Assembly: GCF_018350175.1 (NCBI RefSeq)
Contig: NC_058368.1
Span: forward strand, 216,444,001 to 216,508,000
Length of the DNA stretch: 64,000 nucleotides
Source of the DNA: Felis catus
Taxonomy: Eukaryota
Direction of reading: 5' to 3'
Below, in pieces: positions 38,582 to 51,170 of this stretch. Made by a program: the position numbers and the translations under genes. How positions within the stretch are numbered: the stretch's first letter is position 1; every line of letters begins with the position of its first letter. The notes under the pieces are model-generated. The model was not told the origin of the DNA. It saw only the letters and a program-made list of their open reading frames with translations, and did no database searches.

Positions 38582-38800
38582 CTTTTTTTTTTTTTTTAAG
38601 AGAAAGAGAGAGAGAGCATGAGAGGCAGAGAGGCAGAAGGAGAGGGAGAGAGAGAATCCTAAGAATCTGAAAAGAATCCTAAGCAGGCTTCACATCCAGC
38701 AGGGAGCCTGATGTGGGACTCCATCCCACTACCACGAGATCATGACCTGAGCTGAAATCAAGCCTCAGATCTTACCTAATCAAACCACTCAGGTGCCCCA
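38582..38800 (-). mobile_element. Can-SINE (older)
   Basis: GAGATCATGACCTGAGCTGAAATCAAG..CCACTCAGGTGCCCC. Confidence 0.88.
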
Positions 38801-38876
38801 ACATATTTCTACCCTTAATCATTTATCTTGTTGACCAGCGAGGATTTTTTCTTCATCTCCCTTAGCTTTCGAAAAT

Positions 38877-38986
38877 CAACATGGGTTATAATCTTCTAAT
38901 GGGGATAATTTATGGTTTTGAGCAAGCCTAAATAATCAATAGGGGTTATGTTCTTCTAATGGGGATAGCTTATGGTTTTGAGAAAG
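38877..38986 (+). repeat. Diverged direct repeat, 60-bp period, two copies of ~50 bp
   Basis: GGGTTAT..TCTTCTAATGGGGATA..TTATGGTTTTGAG.AAG occurs at ~38883 and ~38943. Confidence 0.9.
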
Positions 38987-41900
38987 GATTTTATCTCTCC
39001 ATGTTCACATCCTACTCTGCATCAGAGATATGGCATTGTTCTTCATTTTTTTTTAGGGCACATGATCTTATTGTTAATGCTTCACCATATAATCTTCAGC
39101 CATGATGCCTCACCAATTTAGAAATTAATTTAACTAAGAAACCAAGGGAGGGGGGAGATTTATTGCACTTTGGTAGATGTTGGTAAAGTAACCTCGATGA
39201 TTTAAAACATGAAGTTATATTCATAAGCTCTGAGCGACCTGGGAAAGTTATCACTGTGCTAACATGAATAATTGAATTGTCAAATTAGACTCACATGAAT
39301 CGGAGAACTTACTCCTAGCATCTAGCCTTTTTAATAATTTCATGCTTGCAAAGAATCAAGGGGCATAGTCAAACATTAAGAGGTTTGGTTAAAAAAAAAC
39401 AGGGCAGTTACGTAGATACTTCTGTTTCATATCAGGCACGTGCTTTCTGACTTAGAGTAAAGGAATTCTCTAAATGAGCTATGTGGATAATCTTACACTG
39501 CAGAGAACACTTCAGTTTTGAGACATCTTTATTTCACATCCCAGAGAGCGGTGTAGTTTACATGCCATTGATCAACGAGCCATACCTTGTAAATCCTTAG
39601 ATTCTAGGTTTGTGTACTATAACCAGTACTAAACTAGGATCATTCTGCTCAGAGCGATGCATAGTTTGTAATCTCTTTCTAGCAAATACCATTAATCTGT
39701 TTACTAAAAGATCTATTGCCAGTATTTTTACAAGGAGATTACACCACATCTACTGCTTGCTTATTTTCTACTGGAATATTCTTTTAATAATCGGGAGAGA
39801 AATGAATCACAGGCCAACTGGTGTAATATCCGTCTTCTGACTCTACATAGAAATGTATTTTACAAGTTAGGTTGTAGCCTAGACTTAGTTCTTATCTATT
39901 TATTAGTCTATTATTACTGTCTCTGAATTATATTAGAGGATCTACATTCAATACAGGAATCTTTTGTTAGCCACAGTGTGTCTCAGGAGAATGATATGTG
40001 CTGCATGGACTTGTATCTTGCCATGTTACTGGTTCAGTGCCATAGTCATAACGCCACTGAAGACAGAATAGTGCTTGAGGTGCCTCTTCCTAGTACACCT
40101 GACCCATTGGGATTTTAGAAATGGTTACCCAAAGGGGGTAAGATTATTCTTAGTTTCACATATGTGAGATTGCTTACTGACAGTTTGGAATTATGTAAAC
40201 TTTGGAATCAAATTCAACAAAACTATCTCAGACAAGATGGGGAATTTTAATATATTTTAAAAGAAATTAGGGGTAGATTTATTAAATTAACTTTAATAAC
40301 ATTTAAAAGCTGTGTTTTCCATTAAGTGAAGAATATCTAACTCATATTTTCACCTTTCATTGCTTTTCATATTATGTGAAACATGAGAAATAAATCCCAA
40401 GTCTGAATGCTCACATATACTATATGATCTAATTTATTCTCCATACATATCTATATAAAAATGTATTTAAATACAAAGAAATACAGATAGAGATATAACT
40501 TATAGTGTAAGGTTGAGCTTATTTTGAAGTTAAAAGAACATAATATAGGAAGCAAAGTATAAATTCAAATAAATTTATTTATTTTTTGTTTTTCTCAAAC
40601 TTAGTCCACACACACATATATACAACTCCTTTGTAATATCACCCCTTTGATCCTTATTACCTTATTACCTTTCTACTCACACTTTCTACTCACTTTAGCT
40701 CTCCCCAACCTGTCTCCAAGATTTTTGAACATTACCCTCTCCTAGAAGCCCCAACATCAACTTTTCCTTCTTTCCTGCCTGTGTCATTTGCAAAAACATC
40801 TGAAATTTAGAATAACAGTGCTTTAAGAGTGTAGGAGGATTCTAGGTAAAATCAGAATCTCTGTTAGAAGAATGAAAATGGAAAGATGGAACCCTTGGCA
40901 TTAATAATACTGATTCTGTCAAATTTTCCGTAGGTCAGTGTTTCTAGATCCGTTACCAAATTACGTAACCCATCAAAGCCTTCAAATTACAAAGTAATCT
41001 CATGTGTATGTGAAGTCACTTTTAGGCCCCACAAAACTCTTATTTTCATGGATCTTACCCCATAGCACATCACACATATTACAACGAAATAAACTTAATA
41101 TAGGTTTAAATTGTATAATATTCAGAGAGTTTTTTTAAAATAATTTAGCTTTAGGATTTATTTAACTTATAAGTGGATACAATTGATCTGCAAAAGTTCC
41201 TTATACCAGACAATATGTGGGAACTGATTTTTTTAACAAAATATGGTTTTCAGTTGCAAAGATATCGTATGTATATTACATTTATATATTAAAAACTGTA
41301 ATATTCTCTAAATTGTCTTCAGGCATGTATTACAGTTAGTGAGGCTGTCATTTTCCCTTTTTATAAACTATTCATCTGAGGGAGAATTGATTTTTACTGG
41401 ATCGATAAGATTTGCATTTAATTTCCTTCCCTTCCAAGACAAATATGTTAGTCTTTCTGGGAATTTCACCAGACAATGGAAGTAAAGGTAGAATAACCTT
41501 CAACATTTCAAGTGTTAAGTTTAATCTTCTTATGTTTTCTTGAAAACAGCAGAGATTGTGTCACTGAACCACTAAAGTGGTCCCACTTTGTGCTCACCCG
41601 GCAGCATTAGAAGAAGATATATTGGACATTCTACAGCCCAGCTCCCTTATCTGGCCTTGGAGAGTGACCTGATACAATTAGAAGAATGAGTTTACCTGTT
41701 TCCCCATATCTGGGATGATATTGCAAAGGGTAAGATATATATATCAACTTCAGCTCACCTAGTTTGCCCGAATGCCTCAGGTACAGTTTTATTAGCATTC
41801 TTATTCCTTATAAACTGTAAAATTCAAATTCCTTTTTCCTTTATCCTATAGAGATTTACCAAGATTAGGATTTGCATGACCCATTCGATAATATAAAACA

Positions 41901-42496
41901 AATGGTGTTTATCCCTGCCTGATTGTATCACTGTTTGGTTGTACTATACCATCTTTCACATCTTTCTGGATACATTCTTGGGTTCCATGGTGGAAAAAAT
42001 CAGCTTATGTCATTTGTGTTGCTGGTTTTAACTTCCACTCAATGATTTCTTCTCTGAAAACAAAATTTTACAAAAGCCTGGTAACAGATAGTTTGTTCCA
42101 GTTGTTTCAAAGCCATTCTAATTTTAAGGCTCACAGTTGAGACCAATCAATCTTTGTCATTGTATCTAGACAATAATTTTTGTCTGTATTGAGAAAGTCA
42201 AGTATAGGCCTCCATTTGATATCTAAAAAGGACTTTGATTACTGAAGAAGTGATGTAATTGTGGATTTTTAAAACTAATTTATCTGCCCCAGATCAAGAG
42301 ATTGTGAAAGCCTGAAAAGTATGCTGTTTTAAAGAAACAAAGGAAGAGATCTTTAAACTTATGGACTAAGAATCAAAACTTCCAGTAATCCAGATTAAAA
42401 AAAAAATCATAGACTTAAAATAGGAATAGGAACATTACTTTTTATATTCTTCTTTAATGTCTATTTCTGATATGCTTTAATAATCATGTATGCGGG

Positions 42497-42940
42497 TATA
42501 GGGACCCAGGACAAGCTGCCCCAAGATGGGCCACATTGGCCTAAAGATTACTTCGAGTTAAAAGTAATTAAAACACAGCAGATGTAGGAAAACCTCTCTC
42601 CTACCCTCAAATGCCTAAATGTACTTTGGGAAGGGGAGCCTATAAAAGAGAAAGAGCTATTAACAGAGATTCCACTTTACCTAAGGAACCTATCTTCATA
42701 ATAGGGCAACCTTGTTTTTCCGAACATCTTTCACCTTCTTGCTAATAACCCCAGGCCCTGCCTCTCTCCTTAGCTCATAGAAGCTTCCTGTTACTTCGTT
42801 GCTTGAAACTTCATGTCTGTGTGTATGCTCTGCACCCATGCCTACTAAATTTGATTTTCTCCTGTTAACCTGTCTCATGTTGATTCAGTTCTAAGTCCAG
42901 CTAGAAGGAACATAGAGCAGATGATCTTCTTCCCCTATTG
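42497..42940 (+). mobile_element. ERV1 solo LTR (MER34-like)
   Basis: CAGGACAAGCTGCCCCAAGATGGGCCACATTGGC..GATTACTTCGAGTTAAAAG..CAGCAGATGTAGGAAA..TTTTCTCCTGTTAACCTGTC..TTCTTCCCCTA. Confidence 0.7.
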
Positions 42941-43769
42941 TAACAAAAAATATATATTATTAAAAACTGGTATTTCCAGAACACGGTGGTACAAAATATT
43001 TCCAGTTATACAAGTTGCTTCCAAAATGGATGAAGAGATGTATGATAGCTAAACATTGAATAATAATCTACTTTGTTAAGCTGTAGCTCCAAATGTAATT
43101 TTTATTTCTTATCCAACAGAATTAAAAAATTCTTTTCAAGCTTTGATTTGGAAAAGATCAAAATAATCTTCTTTGGAGTTGTTATTTTGGAAGCTTTTTT
43201 GGTAGGCAGAGAATGAGGTAACTTTTCCTCATATACCTCATCACAACTAGTTGATATTGTGGCTATAGTGTGTGAAAATGCTTAATTCAAGTCTAAAAAA
43301 TTTTCTGTTCAACTGGCATGTTAACAGTATTGGTTACTGACGGTGATTTTGTTGCGCATTTTCTGGTACCGGAAGCCTTGAAAGTAGCTTTTGAAAACAA
43401 ACAATTAAACATGAGTTCTAATGAACTTTGTAAATCTTCTTAGGTAGTCCCCAAAGAATTTCTAGGAAGCAAAGTAAATATGGGAAACTTGCATTATATA
43501 GTCAAGTTGTCAGTCTGCAAAGATTATATTTAAATCTCTACCATTATATTGTTGATATTATAGTCTTTTATTAACACTATTAATCAAAAGACAACAGATG
43601 TCAATATAAGGTTGAATTATCTTTCTTCACTCTTCATTCAATAAGAATTTTTTAGTGATAACTAAGTCTGTGGAAATTAACTTTGAGTGTATTTTGCTTT
43701 TTCTTTAAGGAAAATAAAATCATAAACTAAACAAATGAATGTTCTTTAAGATAATTTAGAAGACTAATA

Positions 43770-44082
43770 TATATAATATAATACAATACAATACAATATA
43801 ATATAAATAATATAATATAACATAATATAGAATGCAAATACATGCAAAAAGTTGGATGGAGTTAGAAAGTATAATACTAAGTGAAATAAGTCCATCAGAG
43901 AAGGACAAATACCATATGATCTCATTCACATGTGGAAAATAAGAAACAAAACAATTGAGCAAAGAAAAAAAAAAAGAGACAAACCAAGAAACAGACTCTT
44001 AAGTACAGACAAATAACTGATGGTTACCAGAGCTAATATAACACTATATTAGCCATACTTGAATTAAAATATTAATTAAAGT
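43770..44082 (+). mobile_element. Carnivore L1 3' fragment preceded by an AT-rich microsatellite
   Basis: TGGATGGAGTTAGAAAGTATAATACTAAGTGAAATAAGTCCATCAGAGAAGGACAAATACCATATGATCTCATTCACATGTGGAA. Confidence 0.85.
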
Positions 44083-45469
44083 TGCAGAATTTCCAACATC
44101 TGCCCATCCTCTCAAAGTGTATTAACATGAACAAAATTACATTATGTTTTGATTTTGGATTAGCAGAATACTGAATGTCTTAACCACAAGATTTGCAGTC
44201 TTTCTTAATATCAGCACATGGAGTTAGAAATTTTCAATTCCTTTTACTTTTTTTCTGTAGGATTTTCAACAATCATATTTAAGCCAAAATGAGTTGACAC
44301 ATAAAGATGATCATCCTTCTAATGCATACAGAATCCAGAAAAAGATGCATAAGAGCAATAAAAAAAAAAGAAACATGGCAAACTAGAACTGCTGGAAGAG
44401 AGATGGCCAGATGAATAACGAAATAATCAAAAGTTTAATGATATTCAAGTACATATCATAAAGAATTTCCTGGAGTGAAACACTAATTAATTAATTAATT
44501 TACTCAATAGGTAAAATAATCACCCTTGAGTACTGAATTATTAGCCTTGAACTTCCAGGGCAAGGAATACCTCAAAACAGTAAATTGACATAAAAAAAAA
44601 AGAAAGAAAGAAGGAAAGAAAGAAAACAGTAAAATGGCATAAACAAAAGAAAGAATGAGGAAAATTATTGAAGATTTAGTGAATGTATCTAAACATTTGA
44701 AATAGGAATAATTGATGTTTCAGAAACCAAAAAAAAAAAAATGGCTAATTAAGAAACAGTAATTAAGTCCATAAAGATTTTCATGAACCTAAGACATGCA
44801 CGTACACATTGAAAGAAAATTGGACCAGATTAATGGACAGAAGAAGGTAAGCAATCCATGCATTAAGGAAAATTTTATCAGTTTCTAGAATGAAAAGCAA
44901 ATTAACTAAGAGGATAACATATCCTCAACTGCTGTGTAAAGGTCAGAAGAAAGGGTCATAGTGTATGAGAAAAAAGCACAGTTACCAAGAGTCCCTTGCT
45001 CATCTAAGTGAGCATTCTTCTATCCAGTAGAAGGTAAATTATTCGAAGGTAGAAAGTTATTCAAAAACTGTATCACCTATCTGTGTCTTATGAAAAGAGT
45101 GATGAGAAAACCCTTCAATCAAACAGGAAATTATGCAGAACAAATACATAATTATGTGCCTGTAATCAGCTATAGAATGTATGAAATCAAAACTAAATAT
45201 AGATTAGTTTTTGTTTTTTTAGGTGTCCAGGTGTATAGACAGACAAGGGGTAAATCACATTAAGTACCAAAATATAATTGTAATCTTTCCGCCTATCTTC
45301 GACAGGAGGGTATTTTTAATACATAATTCCTAAAGGCATATATAAAAGAGCAAATGTTGATATATTAGTTGAAACCAAATTTGAAAAAGAAAAAAAGTCA
45401 TCATGAACTCATGAAAATTAACAAAAAGATTTACAGAATTACATTTGTCTTTAAGAATTCATGTGTTTT

Positions 45470-45632
45470 GGGCACCTGGGTGGCCCAGTCGGTTAAGCAG
45501 CCAACTCTGGCTCAGGTCATGATCTCGCTGTCCGTGAGTTCGAGCCTGTGTTGGGCTCTGTGCTGACAGCTCAGAGCCTGGAGCCTGCTTCGGATTCTGT
45601 GTCTCCCTCTCTCTCTGCCCCTCCCCCATTCA

Positions 45633-45663
<31 letters not shown>

Positions 45664-45701
45664 AAAAATAAATTAAAAAAAAACATTAAAAATTAAAAAA
45701 A
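45470..45701 (+). mobile_element. Can-SINE
   Basis: 17-bp TSD AAGAATTCATGTGTTTT (45453-45469, 45702-45718). Confidence 0.96.
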
Positions 45702-46164
45702 AAGAATTCATGTGTTTTATAAAAATTAAAAAATGTAAAAATGTTATCTTTCTATTCACATATAAATGTGACTATATCTTATAGGTGTAAATGGAAGCAA
45801 GATAAAGAACACAATAAATGCAAACCATAAAGACAAAACAAGAATTATAATTTATTGACTCTTAAGAAAATAGTCTTTTATTTTTTGTTGCTTAGAGTGA
45901 AATTCTGAGACAATTGCACTAATAACTATAATTTTGTCAAAAGAAAGCAAATACAATTACATGTAATTGCTGCTAATTACCTTAACTTGTAATAATTAAT
46001 GAGAAATCTTGGTTTTTCCATACTAGATTTTTATCTAATTATTGACATTTCTGTAGTATTTGGGATCAAAATATATACCAAGTAATAATAGCAAAGGTAA
46101 TACAATTTCGACTGCATAGAAATAAAAATAGTTGATTCAAAACTAACGTCTTTAAACTATTAAT

Positions 46165-46345
46165 CTTTCTTTTTCTTTTTCATTTTTTCAGTTTAAATTT
46201 TAATTAGCATACAGTGCAGTCTCGGTTTCAGGAATGAAATTCAATGGATTCATCACTTACATACAACACCCAGTGTTCATCACAACCAGTGCCCTTCTGA
46301 GTACCCATCACCCATCTAGCCCATTTCCCACCCACCTCCCTCTGT
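46165..46345 (-). mobile_element. Carnivore L1 extreme 3' end
   Basis: TTCATCACTTACATACAACACCCAGTGTTCATCACAACCAGTGCCCTTCT..CCCATCACCCATCTAGCCCATT.CCCACCCACCTCCC. Confidence 0.85.
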
Positions 46346-48749
46346 TAAACTATTAATCTTAATAACAAAAGAAAACAAAATATCTAAAATTGATAATCAG
46401 GAGGGAACCATGTATGAACACCATTCAGATTTGAAAGTGTAAACGGATAGGATGTGGGCCATATTGGCCCTGAAAAGGTGTTTGCTTGGCCCAAGATTTT
46501 TAATTATGTAGGTAATGATGAATTATTTTAAAATTGGTTTATGTCATGTAAAACAAAATTTTATAATTTTTTGAAAAAGTGATATATCTGGCATCTGTAG
46601 GTCTGAATTCCCACTGAAAGGCAAGAATCAGTGTAACCCTACAAAGCATGCCCTCCAGATACAGCTCATGCTCTCTATTTTCCCATCATTTGCATCAAAT
46701 CCTTACATGTTCCTATATTTAAGTTACAATAACAAATAGCATTTATTATCACAATTGGATCCTGTTTTTTTATGGTGAGGTTAAAACATAATCTTCTTGG
46801 GTCCCTATTTTTTAAAATTTGTAAATACAACATTTGAATAATAAGATATTTTTTAAATTAAAAAAGGCAGAAAAGAACATACAACTTTTAAAGAGAAGAG
46901 CATTTTGCATGTGTTTATATGAAAACAGGTTTTTACAAAGAAGTTCAAAGTAAATGCCTTTATTGGATAACAAGTTTAAGAACAATGATGGATATATTTT
47001 TTTAAAAAAATTAGAACTGAGAAAAGAAATACAACTTTGATTGTTTTTCAATAAAATTAATGTATGTGTCTATGAAGAGAAATAGTATATTCGGTTTAAA
47101 AAAGTTCTATCATCAAAATATTTCAAATTGCAAAAATACCACACATTTAATGCAACATATATTGCATGTATTTAAGTGATACAATCAACTTAAAATCTAA
47201 ATTTATCCAAAATGATTGTTGACCTGTGTATCGGAAACATGGCCAAGCACAGCATGAATATTTTGGAAAAAAATCAAAATCTTTTGTCATTTTTTACTAG
47301 TTGGTTGAGAACATGGATGTAAGTATTACTACTTGATTAGGTAAATGCATTAATGTTTCCCACTAACTGGTGATATTTACGGAAGCACAATGTTACAGAA
47401 TGATTTTTTTTAAGAGAAGTCTTAGAAGCTCAAATCTTAAAATATATTGTAGTATGGCCAGTCTTTACCATTTGATGTTTTTTTGACACTTCAATTTGAA
47501 TAAAAGTACATAGCAATTCAGCAAAAGCAAGTAAAATTTTAATACAAATGGCAATAACGCTAGGCAGGAGAAGAGAACTTAAAAAAAAAAAAAGCAACAT
47601 TCAGAGTCTTTATTCAGAAACCCTGATAGACAGGAAGGCAGTGGAGATCGTACCCAACAGAATACATCACCGGCATGAGACAAAAAGGCTGGTTTGTGAA
47701 GATATAGTGACACTCGTCTTCTAATATCTGAGATAGTCCAAAATTAGTAATATATATGAGGGTCATATTAGAGCTAATGATGCTTGTTATATATAGCTGG
47801 TCTTATTTATGACTTTGTAATCAGTACTGGACTCTGGTTCCTCTCCAGCCTAGTAAAGGTGTGGTTTCATGATATTTGGTAAATCATTTTTGAATTTTTG
47901 CCAAATCTTGCTAGCTTTTCCAAAGAGCTCATTGCATTTTATTTTTGTTACAGATAAATGCTGTATACTGTCTACTACTTTCTGGGCTAAGATCTTCTGT
48001 TCTTTACAGCTTGAAACTGGTACAATTCATATTGTTTGGTATCATCTCTCTATGAGTAGATTTTTGAAGCGTAAATATTTTCTGATACCTCTCACTCAAT
48101 TTTATATCATTAATTCTTGTCTGACAGTTTGGGGTCAACAGGCTGACGCTGAAAATCATCTGCTTGTTTTGCTGTTCTTGAGTCCAGTCTGCCAGTCAGG
48201 AATCCGTGCTTTTGCAACGATAGAGTGCTGGAGATGCTGATTCTTAGAATCCTTGGCACAACTCTCTATTTTGAAGTTCTAAAGGCTATATGCCTTAGAT
48301 GTTTCTTTTCTGAGGAATTAATAATTGGCCTCTAGTGGATTGCGGACAGCCTCGGGCAAGGTGAGGGAAGAACAGAAACTACTTGCTGATGAAATAAAGG
48401 ATGGATTGTGTTCTTTTATTACAGGAACTGACAATATCTGAATGACATGGAGTGCGGTCCTCTATTGGGAGTAAATAGATGGATATATCTGTAATTACTT
48501 TTAAAGACAAGGATTTTGATGTGAGACCATATTAGAGACTTGAAAGAGGTGACAAATCTCTGGGGTGTTGCATTACTTCCTGAAGGGTTTGAGCAGCAAT
48601 CACCACTCAGAGACATCAGCCCTGGCCACTCCAGATAATGTTCTGAGTTTACAGAGTTTACTCTCTAGTAATGTGTGCAGGGGCCGTCCGAGAAGCTTCC
48701 ACAGTCCTTCCCTCTCTGACTCCTCTATATCTCCTATCTACACGGAATG

Positions 48750-50070
48750 TATTTTTTTTTCAACCTTTCCCTTTAAACGTATGCAATCCTTAGATGTGAG
48801 TAGAATCTCTTGTAGACATCGAATAATTGGATCCTGTTTTTATAATTCTTTCTGCCAATCTGTATCTCTTTATTCTGGAGTTTAAGCCACTTATAATAAG
48901 GAATAATTACTCAGGAGTTTAATTCATTTGAAATGATTACAGATATGTAAGGACTTATTATTGCCATTTTATTTGTTTTCTCTATCTCATAGCTTTGTTT
49001 CTCTTTGCTTCCCATGCTGACTAGCTTTGTGTCTGACTTTTGTGTGTATGTGCTGACATCTTCTGATTCTGTCCTGATTTTCTTTTGTATGTGTTTTATA
49101 GATATTTTCTTTGTGGTCACCATTGGTGGCTACATAGAGTATTCTAAAGTTACAGAAATCTGTTTGAAACTGATGACAACCAATCACACACAAAATTCTG
49201 CTTCTTTGTAGCTCCTCACGCCCTTTATGGGATTATTGTCACAACTTGTATTTTTATTGATTTATAGTTATTTTTGTGGCTTTGCCTCTAAATCTTGTAG
49301 CATAATAAAAAAGGGGAGCTACAAACCAGAATTACAATAATACTACTTTTTGTCTATTTACCTTTATTGGAGAACTTTATATCTTTGAATGGCTTTGAAT
49401 TACCATGTGGCATTCTCTCAGTTCAATTTAAAGGATTCCCTTTAATATTTCTTGCTGGGCAAGTCTAGTGGTAATGAACTTTCTAGGCTTTTGTTTATCA
49501 ACAACTGTCTTAATTTCTCCCTCATTTAAAAAAAAATAACGTTTATTTATTATTGAGAGACACAGAGACACAGAGCATGAGCAGGAGAAGGGGAGACACA
49601 GAACCTGAAGTAGGCTCCAGGCTCTGAGCTGTCAGCACAGAGCCGGACCCAGGGCTCGAATTCATGAACTGTGAGATCATGACCTGAGCAGAAGTTGGTC
49701 GCTTAACCAGTTGAGCCACCCAGGCACCCCGGTTTCTCCTTCATTTGTGAAGGACATTTTTATCAGAAGTAGAATTTCTGACTGACAGGTTTTTTTTTTT
49801 CTTTCAGCGCTTTAAATATATCACCCCATTGACTTCTGGTCTGCAAAGTTTCTGCTAAGAAACCCATCGATAATCTTACTAAAGATTCCCTTGTATTTAA
49901 CAAGTCACTTTTCTCTTGCTGTTTCTAAGAATTCTCTCTTTATCTTTGCCTTTCAACAGTTTGATCATAATGTATCTCTGTGTCGGTCTTTTTTGGGTTT
50001 TTCCTACTTGGATTGTATTGAAATTTTTGCGTTTGTATTTCCATCATTTCCTTAAATTTGGGAAGATTTG
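48750..50070 (-). mobile_element. Old L1 fragment (ORF1 to inter-ORF region), interrupted by a SINE
   Basis: AGTAGAATCTCTTGTAGACA..TCTGCCAATCTGTATCT..GTCTAGTGGTAATGAACT..TTAAATATATCACCCCATTGACTTCTGGTCTGCAAAGTTTCTGCTAAGAAA. Confidence 0.85.
49525..49730 (-). mobile_element. Can-SINE
   Basis: Reverse body; TSD-like TTTCTCC(C/T)TCATTT on both flanks. Confidence 0.93.
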
Positions 50071-50624
50071 GTCACAGCGTGAAGTCTCACAAATCATTTC
50101 TAATTAAATATATTAAGAATACCACTCATTGTTATTTAAATGGAATTTTTTTTTTACTTTAATATAATTTTCACTTGTCTACATTTCTCTCAACATAGGT
50201 GCAAGAGTGCAAAAAGAAGGGCTATACTCATATGGAAAATGTCATGCTAGAAGAGTTCTGGGTGGAGTATTTATTTCTGGGTGAAGTGGAGTAATTGAGT
50301 TTTTAAACAAATGGAAAATGTGTCCTCTTTTACTCTTCATCTCCCATCCCCCTAAAAGAAGTATATGCAATGGTTATCAAAAATGTAGAAGTATGTATGT
50401 ACATAAAAATATATATTTATTATAATGTTTATTTCATAGTAGATATTATTCCAAATAAGAGATCTTTGACTTTTAGTTCAGTCTTAGACTGACAGTGATG
50501 GAACATTTACAGCTGAAGGGACTGGAGACTGAGGTCTAAGTGTGCGGGAGTAGAGGTACTACTGGGGGTGGGGTGATGGGTTTGTTGAACATCCCCAGCT
50601 CCTGGGTACGGACAATGCGTGCAG

Positions 50625-51170
50625 CACCAGGATTCTCTTCTGAATATCCAAAAGGATTAAAAAGCAGAATCTCAAGGAGATATTTAGACAGCTGTGTTCA
50701 TGGCAACATTATTCACCATATCAAAAGAGTGGAAACAACCCAAGTGTCCATCCAAAGATGAATTCATAAAAAAAATATGATATATACACACACTGGAATA
50801 TTCAACCTTCAAAAGGAGAGTCTGATGCATGTTACCACATTAATGAATCTAAGGACATTAGGCCAGGTGAAGTTAGCCAGGTACAAAAGGATAATTAATC
50901 AATCAGTTGTCTGACTCCACTTATATGAGGTGCTTAAAAGAGTCAAGTTCACAGAGACAGAAAGTAGTATGATGGTTGCCATTGGCTGAAAAGAAAGAAG
51001 AATGAGGACTTGATATTTAACAGGCACAGAGTTTCAATTTTGTAAGATGAAAAAGGATCTGGAGATGGGTTGCTCACAATGTGAATGAGCTTAACACATT
51101 GAAGTGTACACTTAAAAATAGTTAAGATGGTAAATTTTGTGTGCATTTTATATAATTAAAAATCTTAAAA
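50625..51170 (+). mobile_element. L1MB-like 3' end
   Basis: GGAAACAACCCAAGTGTCCATC..ATGAAT..GGACATTA..CCACTTATATGAGG..AGAGACAGAAAGTAG..ACACTTAAAAATAGTTAAGATGGTAAATTTT. Confidence 0.88.
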
